A DNA stretch of 25,301 nt from a virus (taxonomy: Duplodnaviria; Caudoviricetes), in the IMG/VR virus record IMGVR_UViG_3300023257_000103, positions 1 through 25,301 of that record; one strand, given 5' to 3'. Within the stretch, counting starts at the first letter, position 1. Each line of letters begins with the position of its first letter. Shown here piece after piece: positions 1 to 8,426 of the stretch. Below the pieces are notes generated by a model that had not been told where the DNA came from, did no database searches, and saw only the letters and a program-made list of their open reading frames with translations. Both the position numbers and the translations under genes were made by a program.

Positions 1-789
1 GCAACCAGTGATGGTTTAGCTAAGACAGTATCAAATACTTGGGTGACAGTTTACACTGATACATCAGGAACACGAACTAATTGGTATAAAATTAGATTCT
101 ATGATTCAGACACTACTTTATGGTCAGAATACTCTGAACCAATCACAGCTGAAGAATTACTTAGACTTTGCACAGTAGCAGATGTTAAAGAAATAATAGA
201 CACAGTTGGTAGATGGAACGATACTTCTATTTTTAAAATGATTACACAAACTGATGATTTAATATATATTGAAGCTGGAACTCCAGTACAAGCTGTATGG
301 TCTGAAGTTGGTAAATTAGATGACACAATTCAAACAAGATACTTTGTTGGAGAAGAGAATATTTATAGAACAGATAGAATGTTCTATGGTACAACTACTA
401 AGACAGAACTATACTTAGATGATAGTTACAAGACAAATCTTAAGTATGGTATGGTTGAAGTGTTACCAGTCGCATCAAGTGGTGTCACTCTAGACATAAA
501 TGATGATGTTGAGATTCATTATGTACCTGATATTTATCATAAGTTATCTTTATACAGAACTTGTCAAGCTTTACTTGAGCAAGTTGACGCTACAAGTGGT
601 GGAACTATGAGTAAAGAGCTTGATGTTATGGTTAATAAAGTTACACAAGTAGAAACTCTTTTAATGCATAGAATTGGAGTACAATTAAGTTCACAAGTTA
701 AATATTACGATAGTATCTATGGTGTTAACAGAAAGCACGTCGTACAAAACTTCGACAGAAATAGATATATTGGAAGCACAGGATGGTGA
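1..789 (+). CDS. Head-tail adaptor/connector-like protein (SPP1 gp15/HK97 gp6-like), 5'-truncated by the window
   Basis: Frame 1 is open from base 1, so the GTG at 43 is probably not the true start. LCTVADVKEII resembles the adaptor N-terminal 'xTxxdVK' helix, followed by an inserted beta region and a helical C-terminus. It lies upstream of the tail genes. Confidence 0.55.
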   Translation, partial: ATSDGLAKTVSNTWVTVYTDTSGTRTNWYKIRFYDSDTTLWSEYSEPITAEELLRLCTVADVKEIIDTVGRWNDTSIFKMITQTDDLIYIEAGTPVQAVWSEVGKLDDTIQTRYFVGEENIYRTDRMFYGTTTKTELYLDDSYKTNLKYGMVEVLPVASSGVTLDINDDVEIHYVPDIYHKLSLYRTCQALLEQVDATSGGTMSKELDVMVNKVTQVETLLMHRIGVQLSSQVKYYDSIYGVNRKHVVQNFDRNRYIGSTGW

Positions 790-797
790 GATAAAAA

Positions 798-977
798 ATG
801 ACATACGTACATGATAAAAGTAAGAGTAAGCTACCATTAGGAAAAGTTCTTGATAAGGGATTCAATATAACACCTGAAGACAACAAGAAAACAGTAGCGA
901 ACACACATGTAATTGATACTAATAAACGTAAAGTATCTGATAAAGTTAACAAGAGTGAGCCTTCATTCACAGAGTAA
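798..977 (+). CDS. Small basic hypothetical protein, 59 aa (MTYVHDKSKSKLPLGKVLDKGFNITPEDNKK...SEPSFTE), not in the ORF track
   Basis: ATG at 798 is preceded by GGTGA (785-789), which overlaps the upstream stop. TAA is at 975-977. The ORF fills the gap in the operon. Confidence 0.6.
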   Translation: MTYVHDKSKSKLPLGKVLDKGFNITPEDNKKTVANTHVIDTNKRKVSDKVNKSEPSFTE

Positions 978-980
978 AAG

Positions 981-1001
981 CGAAACATTTATATACTAGA
1001 A
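981..1001 (+). promoter_or_regulatory. Archaeal BRE+TATA promoter (CGAAACATTTATATACTAGAA)
   Basis: Purine-rich BRE (CGAAA) followed by TTTATATA. Near-identical copies occur at 16577-16597, 17025-17045 and 21730-21750 on the - strand. Confidence 0.7.
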
Positions 1002-1072
1002 GTCTCATACTACTAATATACTTAAAAATATTGTCTCGTGGAGGCGTATTCTTGACCCGGAGGGAAAGCGAA

Positions 1073-1627
1073 TTGGTAGTTACAAATCAAAATAGAGAAC
1101 AAAATAATAACTACAAGCACGGTAGATACGTTAGAGTTAGTGCTAACTGTGAATACTGTAATTCTAAGACCTCTAAGTTAAAATGTTCTAAAGTGTCATT
1201 TTGTAATTCTAATTGTAAAAATTTATGGCAAAAAGATGGATTAAAAGGGAAAAACAATCCAAATTTTAATAAAAAACATCCACATATGAACATTGGTAGA
1301 AAATATTCTGATGATACTAGATTAAAACTAAGAAACGCTCAAATTAAAAATGTAGAAAGACAATTTTTTGATGGTATGCCATTAATGCCTTGTATTGGAA
1401 AACAAGAGAAACCAATTCTTGATACATTAGAAAAAACGTTTGGTTATACAATATTAAGACAACACAAAGTTAATGGATATTTTTTAGATGGATATTGTCC
1501 AGCTTTAAATTTAGCGATTGAAATAGACGAACCACGACATAAAGAAAAATTACAACAAGATAAATATAGAGAGCAACAAATAAAAAATGAAATTGGTTGT
1601 TCTTTCTTAAGATTAGATGTGATATAA
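1073..1627 (+). CDS. Free-standing homing-type endonuclease: Zn-finger + NUMOD3-like motif + DUF559/Vsr-like PD-(D/E)XK domain
   Basis: CEYC...FCNSNC Zn finger; KGKNNPNFNKKH and GRKYSDDTRLKLR NUMOD-like motifs; E...Q...YFLDGY...LAIEIDEPRH...DKYRE...FLR. GGAGG at 1059-1063 favours TTG 1073 over TTG 1031 as start. Confidence 0.75.
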   Translation: MVVTNQNREQNNNYKHGRYVRVSANCEYCNSKTSKLKCSKVSFCNSNCKNLWQKDGLKGKNNPNFNKKHPHMNIGRKYSDDTRLKLRNAQIKNVERQFFDGMPLMPCIGKQEKPILDTLEKTFGYTILRQHKVNGYFLDGYCPALNLAIEIDEPRHKEKLQQDKYREQQIKNEIGCSFLRLDVI

Positions 1628-1628
1628 A

Positions 1629-2108
1629 ATGGATAGCATAACCGCAATGACAACAATTCGAGATTCACTTAGAACAAATCTTCCAGACCCATATACGTAT
1701 GCTGGAGGAACAGATAGAGGTGGTTCCCTATGGATATTTTACGACGAACCAAACGTTATGCCAAAATATCCTCAAATTCAAATCAGAAAGGTAGACAATC
1801 CTTCTGAAATTCTTTCTATTGGTTCAAATTATGCTGAACGAGAATACTTATATTTAAATATATGGTTCTATGCTAAAAATGGTTTTAAAGCTATTATAGA
1901 TGGTGTAGAATATAAAAATGCAGCGTTGGTAGAGTATTACGAAGGTCTTATTAAGACTACATTAAAATCACAAGGAGCGACATTATTTGATAATGGTGTA
2001 AAAGGTTATGCTCATTTAAACACTACAACAATAGAGTATGATTCAGTTACACAATTATATTATGGAGCAGTTACAATACGAGTACAATACTTCGTAGATT
2101 GTAGTTAA
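1629..2108 (+). CDS. Tail terminator / tail completion protein (lambda gpU/SPP1 gp17-like)
   Basis: 159 aa with the typical pattern: N-terminal helix, 'IFYDEP..PKYPQIQI', C-terminal 'YYGAVTIRVQY' strand. Sits just before the tube gene. Confidence 0.55.
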   Translation: MDSITAMTTIRDSLRTNLPDPYTYAGGTDRGGSLWIFYDEPNVMPKYPQIQIRKVDNPSEILSIGSNYAEREYLYLNIWFYAKNGFKAIIDGVEYKNAALVEYYEGLIKTTLKSQGATLFDNGVKGYAHLNTTTIEYDSVTQLYYGAVTIRVQYFVDCS

Positions 2109-2109
2109 G

Positions 2110-2505
2110 ATGACAATTAAAGTTGAGATGAGTGGAATATTCACTTCATTTGATATCTTTAGACTTCCAGCTAGAAGAGCTGTAAAAGAAATCATGGAAG
2201 TGGTTGATAAAGAATCAAAAGCCAGTTTCAATAGACAGAAAAGTAAAAAGAATAGACACCGTACAGGCGCTTTAATAGCTAGTTTCGAAAAAACAGACAT
2301 TAAACAAGATGGAGCAACAGTGTTTTCTGGTATAGTATTTGCTGGAGGTCCTGATGCACCATATACACCAATTGTAGAACATATTGGTTGGAAATATGAT
2401 AATGGCACTTCAAAGCCACCATATCATTTCATGTTAGAAGGACGAAATAAAGGCAGAGAAGCAGCACGAGAGATTGTTATAAAGCATTTTTCAAAAGTGT
2501 TATGA
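2110..2505 (+). CDS. HK97 gp10-like tail completion/neck protein
   Basis: RTGALIASF, APYTPIVEHIG and TSKPPYHFM match the 'TG.L..SI / Y...VE.G / P.PF' pattern of the HK97-gp10 family. Basic, 131 aa. Confidence 0.7.
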   Translation: MTIKVEMSGIFTSFDIFRLPARRAVKEIMEVVDKESKASFNRQKSKKNRHRTGALIASFEKTDIKQDGATVFSGIVFAGGPDAPYTPIVEHIGWKYDNGTSKPPYHFMLEGRNKGREAAREIVIKHFSKVL

Positions 2506-2515
2506 GAGGTAAAGA

Positions 2516-2836
2516 ATGGTAAAAGTAAAATATAATGGAAGTTTTAAAGCTTGTCGAATTAAAGTAGGCAGTGCGACATTTAATGATTGGAAGAGAGGAG
2601 AAGTTTTAGATTTAGATAATGAAACAGCAGAATTACTATTATTAAATAAGGATTTTGAATTAGTTGGTAGTAAACCAATTAAAGTAGAGAAAAAAGTAAA
2701 GGTAGTCGAAGAGGCTATTGAAGAAGTTAAAGAAGAAGTAAAAGTTAAATTCGACTTTGATGGTGATGGAGATTTTGACGCAGATGATGTATCATTGGGC
2801 GCAAAAGCTATGGCAGCATCTAGAAAGAGTAAATAA
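2516..2836 (+). CDS. Small virion-associated protein with a C-terminal DxDxDG calcium-binding-like loop
   Basis: GAGGT RBS at 2506-2510. N-terminal 'KRGEVLDLDNETAELLL' domain, Lys/Glu linker, then DFDGDGDFDADD. Confidence 0.5.
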   Translation: MVKVKYNGSFKACRIKVGSATFNDWKRGEVLDLDNETAELLLLNKDFELVGSKPIKVEKKVKVVEEAIEEVKEEVKVKFDFDGDGDFDADDVSLGAKAMAASRKSK

Positions 2837-2850
2837 GGAGGAAATAGAAC

Positions 2851-3942
2851 ATGACAAATTTAGGGTATCAACAAACTCTATACTGGGCTAACGAAGACAC
2901 ATATGGTTCCGCAGCAACAGTAGATAAACCTTTTGGTTTAGTACAATCAGTAAACCCAACTGAAACAAATAATTTAATTAAGATTAGAACAATGGGTGGA
3001 AGTAGAGATTATAGTAATATAGTACCAGGTAAATTCGAAGTATCTGGTAGTTTCGAATATTATTTACAAGGAGCTGACTTTTTAAGACAAGCTTTCGGTG
3101 AAGATACAGGAACATCAGCAACAGTAGACTCAGGTCCTAGAGTACACACAGGAGCTTCATACTTACATATTATGGGTAGTGCAGCATCACCAGAAGCAGA
3201 TAGTTTTCCAAGTTTTACAATGGAATTTGCAGATGATGAAGATACAGGAGCAACTGGAACTAACAACATGAAAAGAATTTTCAATGGTTGTAGAGTAAAC
3301 AACATTGGAATTAGTGGTACAATTGACGACCCAGTTAGTATTTCAACAGATTGGATTGCACAAGGAGTTACTATGTCAACAGCAGGTGCAACAAGCGTTG
3401 CAGAATCAACTGATGACCCATACGTATTCTACCAAGGAGCATTATACGCTACTAGTGGCGCAATTACAGCATACACTGTACCACCAACAACTGATAAATT
3501 ATGCGAAGTTAATTCATTCGACTTTTCATTAAATAACAATCTCGAAGCAGTATGGTATATTTGTGGAACAAACAATGCTTATCAAACTAAAAGAGGACTT
3601 AAAAACTTAGTCGTTAAAGGCAGAGATTATGAGTCAAGTCTTGGATTACATTTCAAAAACAAACAAATGTATCAAAGATTCTTAGGTAGCAACTCAGCGA
3701 CTACACCACAAGACACTTTAGACAAATATCAAATAGTAATTGATTTAGTTAGAAGTGGAGCAATTGGTTCAAGTCCAAAGTTAATTACTGACGATTTCGT
3801 TAGATTAGTTCTTGGAAGTTGTGCATTTAACAGTATGAATATCACTGGTTCTCCAGAAGATATTGTATCAGAACAAATTGACGTATTTGTTAAAAATGCT
3901 AAAGCATATGTTGTAGACGCAACAGCAGATTACTCAGCTTAG
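2851..3942 (+). CDS. Major tail tube protein
   Basis: GGAGG RBS at 2837-2841. EDTYGS at the N-terminus, VSGSFEY, FPSFTMEF, FNGCRVNNIGISG, NSFDFSLNNNLE and GRDYESSL form a duplicated siphovirus tube-type pattern. Directly upstream of the chaperone and tape measure genes. Confidence 0.85.
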   Translation: MTNLGYQQTLYWANEDTYGSAATVDKPFGLVQSVNPTETNNLIKIRTMGGSRDYSNIVPGKFEVSGSFEYYLQGADFLRQAFGEDTGTSATVDSGPRVHTGASYLHIMGSAASPEADSFPSFTMEFADDEDTGATGTNNMKRIFNGCRVNNIGISGTIDDPVSISTDWIAQGVTMSTAGATSVAESTDDPYVFYQGALYATSGAITAYTVPPTTDKLCEVNSFDFSLNNNLEAVWYICGTNNAYQTKRGLKNLVVKGRDYESSLGLHFKNKQMYQRFLGSNSATTPQDTLDKYQIVIDLVRSGAIGSSPKLITDDFVRLVLGSCAFNSMNITGSPEDIVSEQIDVFVKNAKAYVVDATADYSA

Positions 3943-3946
3943 AGTA

Positions 3947-3976
3947 ATTATTTTTTTATTTTTTTTTTAATTTTTT
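3947..3976 (+). terminator. Oligo-T archaeal-type terminator after the tail tube gene
   Basis: Nearly pure T tract (TTATTTTTTTATTTTTTTTTTAATTTTTT) just after the TAG at 3942, followed by (AAAC)n. Confidence 0.65.
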
Positions 3977-4014
3977 AAACAAACAAACAAACAAAAAACG
4001 AAGGTGAAGAAAAA

Positions 4015-4398
4015 ATGGTAATGAAAAAAGAATCAATTTTATATGAAAGAGACGAGAAGGGAGAATTAATTCCAACTGAAGTCGAAGTAGAGATAGATGA
4101 GAAAGACGAAAAACAATTAGAATATAAGGGACAAACTATTAAAGTTATTCCAATTCCAAGAGGGAAAATTAAAAGAATTTTCGCTGACGTATCAAAAGAC
4201 GAAGAAAAAGATTTCGATGGAGATATAATTGGAACACACTGTGTAGACCCAAAATTCGAAGCAGACGAAATAAAACATATAAAACCAATATTAGCAAGTA
4301 TTATAGTAAACACAATATTTAGAGAAAGCGGACTTGGTGGAAATAAAGATAAAAAGAAAGCAGCACAAGAAGCTGAAGACGAATTTGCAAAAAACTGA
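4015..4398 (+). CDS. Tail assembly chaperone (lambda gpG-like)
   Basis: GGTGA at 4003-4007. Lies between tube and tape measure genes and ends ...GCA AAA AAC TGA, a slippery site. Confidence 0.85.
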   Translation: MVMKKESILYERDEKGELIPTEVEVEIDEKDEKQLEYKGQTIKVIPIPRGKIKRIFADVSKDEEKDFDGDIIGTHCVDPKFEADEIKHIKPILASIIVNTIFRESGLGGNKDKKKAAQEAEDEFAKN

Positions 4399-4571
4399 TT
4401 AGAGTTAAGCGCAGTCGACAAGAAGGCGACTTAACTCTCTTTTTACATCGTCTTGGTTATGATTTTTTTAACTTAGGCAAATTAACTTACCCTGAAGTAA
4501 ATGCATTAACAGACGCTCACAATAGAGAAGTAGAAAAACAAAATAAAGAGTACAAAAAACATAAGAAATAA
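4015..4571 (+). CDS. Frameshifted tail assembly chaperone (gpGT-like), made by a -1 programmed ribosomal frameshift
   Basis: The -1 frame after A AAA AAC reads LIRVKRSRQEGDLTLFLHRLGYDFFNLGKLTYPEVNALTDAHNREVEKQNKEYKKHKK*. Its TAA (4569-4571) overlaps the tape measure ATG (TAATG). Confidence 0.85.
4389..4438 (+). promoter_or_regulatory. -1 frameshift signal: slippery heptamer plus stimulatory hairpin
   Basis: A AAA AAC (4389-4395), a 5-nt spacer, then AGAGTTAAG (4401-4409) pairing perfectly with CTTAACTCT (4430-4438), extended by CGC/GCG across a bulged A. Confidence 0.85.
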
Positions 4572-7500
4572 TGGCAGACCCAGGAACAAATCAAATATCA
4601 GTAACAGTAATGTTAAAACTTCTTAATAGTGCTAAAGTTAAAGGTGCTATTAAAGGAATAACAGAAGACGTTATTAAGAGTAGTAATGCATTTAAAGGCT
4701 TAGAGAGTAAACTTAAAATTCTCAATGAAGATTTTAAAAGATTTTCACAAAGTGCGAAAACAGCATCAGAATCTACTAAAAAATTAAGTACTAATTCTAT
4801 GGTATTAAAAACAACCATTAAAAAATTCACTACAACTCAAAAAGCAATGGTTAGTGCTATTAGAAAGGGTGGAGAAGCATTCAAACTTGAAGGAAATGTT
4901 ATTAAATTAACAAACGCTCAGATAATTAATAGAAATAAACTTAAAGCTAAGACTGTTGCTATGACACATAAGCAGATAATGGCACAGAATAAACTTAAAG
5001 CAAGTGCTGTTAAATTAGCAGCAGCTAATGAAAAGCAAAGACTAGCAACAGAAAAACAAGTAATAGCACAAAGAAAACAAAAGATGCTATATGAATCTAC
5101 AGCATATAAAGTAAAAAATCTAGAAGCAACATATATGAAATTTTATATGCTTAAAAAGAAAGGCATTACTTTATCACAAATAGAAATAAACCAAATGAGG
5201 TCAGCAAAAATGGCTTATGCGTCTATGGGTGGTAGTGTTAAAAGACTTACATCAGCACATGGTGGATTTCTTAAAAGTTTTACTAAATTTAGATGGACAT
5301 TAGTTAATATAACAATGGTAGTTATGTTAGCAGCAGCAGCATTTAGAGTACTTGGAAAACCACTTCTTGAGTTAGAAACAGAAATGAAGACAGTTCAAAA
5401 AAGAACCAAGATGACTGATGACGAGATTAAATCTCTCCAGTCTAGTATTTTACATTTATCTACAACAATACCAGGTTCTGCAACAGAGTTAGCAAAGATA
5501 GCAGCAGTTGCTGGACAGTTGGGTATTCGTGGTTCTAAAAACATTATGGAATTTACAAGAGTTACTGCTATGATGGCAGCATCTACAGTTTTAAATTCTG
5601 AAGAAGCAGCATTAGCAATAGCAAAGATATCTAAAGCTTATGGTTTACCTATTAGAGAAGCTGAAAGAATGGCTAGTACTATAAACGAATTATCTAATAC
5701 AACAGCAGCGAACTCAAAAGAAATTAGCGCAGCTGTTCTTAAGATGGCAACGTCTGCCCACATATTTGGAATATCTATGCAGACTGCTTCAGCTATTGGT
5801 GCTACACTTATAGATATGGGAATGAAGGCAGAGAGAGCTGGTACTCGTATGAAAACAGTATTCACAAGAATGAGTACAGAAGCAGAAAAACTATCAGAAT
5901 TATTGAATAGACCACAATCTGAAATAAGACTTGGCTTATCTGATGACCCTGAAGGAATGTTTAACGATGTTGTAGAAATGTTGTCAAAATATGAAAATAA
6001 ACAAGATGCTATTACAGAAGCAACAAGTATATTTGGAAGAGTTGGAGCTACAGCAGTATTGGGTTTAGTATCTAATTATGACGCACTTAGACGAAATATT
6101 GTTGCAGCTAGCAGTGAATTTGAAAAAGCAACTTCTTTACAGAATGAATTTAACATAGCTATGTCATCAACAACAAACCAGTGGAAGCTTTTCTGGCAAG
6201 GTTGGGCTGCTGATTGGAATGAAGCAATGACGAGTACTAATAAAGGATTTGGTGCTTGGTTACAACAAATTAATAGAACAAATATAGCTTTAAGAACTAG
6301 TAGAGTCATAGCAAGAGAATTAGCAGAATTTAGAAAAGAACAAGGAATGACAGAAGAAAAAAGTCTTAACGATGTATTTGACAGCGGTATTATGCAAGCA
6401 ACAACAAAAAGTACAGCATCTAGAGCTACTAAAATTCTTAGTTTAGGAACATATGATGTTTCAGCTAAACTAACAGTAGATGATATGGAGAGTCAGCTTG
6501 AAAAATTCAGAGAAAAAGCAAGAGAAAGAGGACTTGGAGAACTTTCACAACAGAATGTTGCAGAGTGGAAAATACGATATTTTTTAGAAATAGGAAATAA
6601 AGAGGAATCAGAAAAAGCAGTTAAAGAGTGGAGTGAAACAGCAGCTAGTATAGTTGCTCCTAAAAAAGTAGATAGTACAATACTTGACGAATTTGTTAGT
6701 AAATTAAAAGTTCAACAAGCAGTTATGAATGATATGGATTACTCATCAGCACAACAGAGTACAGCGTTATCAAATTATAAAGCTTTAATGTTAGATGTTA
6801 ATAAATTACATGAAGACGATATAGGAACAATTCTTAATTTACTTGGAGCAGTTAATGATTATACAGATGGTATAGAAAATTTAACATCATCATTTAATTA
6901 TATGTATAAGATTTTAAAGGATAAGTTAGGTAAAGAACTAGAAAAACAAACAGATATATATGAATCTTATAAAAAGGTTAAATTTACAGGTGAAGATGCA
7001 GAACTGAAGAAATTACACGAATTAGAATTAGCTATTAAAAAACAAACATTAGCTGAAATGGAGTTAGGAGATACTGTTTCTAGTGTTAATAATGAGATGA
7101 GTAAAGATTCTTATAGTGCGTGGGTAGAAACAGTAAATCAATTTATGAAATCAGCAATAGAAAATGGTAACTTATTAGGCACAAATGTATCAGATTCTAT
7201 TAAAAAATATAAAACTACTTTATTAGCAACAAGTAAGTTTTCAGAACAAGCTACTAATAAAGAAAGAACGGCTTTAGAAAAATTACAAGACGAACAGAAG
7301 AAGGCACAATTAGAGTTTGATATAAATTATGGTGAGAAACATTATTTAGTAAATGAAGCTATTAAAGATTTAGAAAGTGAAGGCGACGTGACTGCTTCTT
7401 CTGCTGAAATAGCTATAGAAATGTTAGAGAAACAGAAGAAAATTGTAGATGAGGTACAGTCATCTATAAATTCTGTTGTAGAAGAATATGAAGCCGAACA

Positions 7501-8056
7501 AGCTTCTATAGCACTTACCGAATCAGGATTAGATAGAGCAACTATGAAAGCATTGGAAAATCATTTATTACATCAAAACAGTATTCAAGGTACTATAGAT
7601 TTATATAACGAACTAAAAGCCGCACAAGGTAATGGTGGTGGTGGAGATGATGACCCTTCTGACCCAAATAATGGTGGTGGAGACCAAGACAATAAACGAT
7701 GGAAATGGTATTTCACAAATGCTATAGGTGCAATGAAAAAAGTCCAAACTTCAGCTTTTGATAGTTGGTCACAAGCTTCAGATTATGCAAACAATAAATG
7801 GTCAGACAGCGGACCGTGGAAGAGAAGCCACAGAGAAGCGTATGCTATGGGTGGATTAATCACACAACCAACAAACGCACTTATGGGAGAAGAAGGACCT
7901 GAGATGGTTGTACCACTTACAGGACCTAATACAGGTAATGGTGCTAATATGTCAATAAACATAGAGAGTGTTAGTGTATCAGGTGTAAATGGAGACCCAG
8001 GAGCATTTGCTTATGAATTCGCAAAAGAATTAAGAAGAGAGTTGAGGACTTTATAA
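4571..8056 (+). CDS. Tape measure protein (TP901-type core)
   Basis: 1161 aa, helical. Core SATELAKIAAVAGQLG...KAERAGTRMKTVFTRM, one hydrophobic segment (WTLVNITMVVMLAAAAF) and the C-terminal AMGGLITQPTNALMGEEGPEMVVPL motif. Confidence 0.93.
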   Translation: MADPGTNQISVTVMLKLLNSAKVKGAIKGITEDVIKSSNAFKGLESKLKILNEDFKRFSQSAKTASESTKKLSTNSMVLKTTIKKFTTTQKAMVSAIRKGGEAFKLEGNVIKLTNAQIINRNKLKAKTVAMTHKQIMAQNKLKASAVKLAAANEKQRLATEKQVIAQRKQKMLYESTAYKVKNLEATYMKFYMLKKKGITLSQIEINQMRSAKMAYASMGGSVKRLTSAHGGFLKSFTKFRWTLVNITMVVMLAAAAFRVLGKPLLELETEMKTVQKRTKMTDDEIKSLQSSILHLSTTIPGSATELAKIAAVAGQLGIRGSKNIMEFTRVTAMMAASTVLNSEEAALAIAKISKAYGLPIREAERMASTINELSNTTAANSKEISAAVLKMATSAHIFGISMQTASAIGATLIDMGMKAERAGTRMKTVFTRMSTEAEKLSELLNRPQSEIRLGLSDDPEGMFNDVVEMLSKYENKQDAITEATSIFGRVGATAVLGLVSNYDALRRNIVAASSEFEKATSLQNEFNIAMSSTTNQWKLFWQGWAADWNEAMTSTNKGFGAWLQQINRTNIALRTSRVIARELAEFRKEQGMTEEKSLNDVFDSGIMQATTKSTASRATKILSLGTYDVSAKLTVDDMESQLEKFREKARERGLGELSQQNVAEWKIRYFLEIGNKEESEKAVKEWSETAASIVAPKKVDSTILDEFVSKLKVQQAVMNDMDYSSAQQSTALSNYKALMLDVNKLHEDDIGTILNLLGAVNDYTDGIENLTSSFNYMYKILKDKLGKELEKQTDIYESYKKVKFTGEDAELKKLHELELAIKKQTLAEMELGDTVSSVNNEMSKDSYSAWVETVNQFMKSAIENGNLLGTNVSDSIKKYKTTLLATSKFSEQATNKERTALEKLQDEQKKAQLEFDINYGEKHYLVNEAIKDLESEGDVTASSAEIAIEMLEKQKKIVDEVQSSINSVVEEYEAEQASIALTESGLDRATMKALENHLLHQNSIQGTIDLYNELKAAQGNGGGGDDDPSDPNNGGGDQDNKRWKWYFTNAIGAMKKVQTSAFDSWSQASDYANNKWSDSGPWKRSHREAYAMGGLITQPTNALMGEEGPEMVVPLTGPNTGNGANMSINIESVSVSGVNGDPGAFAYEFAKELRRELRTL

Positions 8057-8424
8057 TGACAGAATATAATTCAACAATAGTATATAACAGTGTGAGCTTA
8101 AACGTTACAAGTATAGTTCCAACAAGAAGACAAAAAACTAGAAAATCTACTATTGGTAAGATACTAACACAGATTAAAATAATTGGATTAAACGCACAAC
8201 AGTGGGAATTAAAGATGAATGGTATAATACTTGGAGACGACGCAGCTACTTTATCAACAAATAGAGCAGCGATAGAAGCTTTAGATGTAGTAACACCATA
8301 TGCTTATACAGATGGTATACATAATGGAACATACATATTAGACCCAGGTTCTTTAATTATTAAAGACACAAGTAACGATGCTGGTATGAAATATGCCTAT
8401 TCTATGACACTTGTAGAGGAATAG
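8056..8424 (+). CDS. Distal tail (Dit)-like protein
   Basis: Small beta-rich protein coupled to the tape measure stop (TAATG). Ends YAYSMTLVEE, in the canonical position. Confidence 0.6.
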   Translation: MTEYNSTIVYNSVSLNVTSIVPTRRQKTRKSTIGKILTQIKIIGLNAQQWELKMNGIILGDDAATLSTNRAAIEALDVVTPYAYTDGIHNGTYILDPGSLIIKDTSNDAGMKYAYSMTLVEE

Positions 8425-8426
8425 AA

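Noticed and set aside
978-1628. Possible group I intron carrying the endonuclease
   Set aside because: The flanking ORFs have their own starts and stops and do not look like a split gene. I could not find a P3-P7 core, and the non-coding part is too short.
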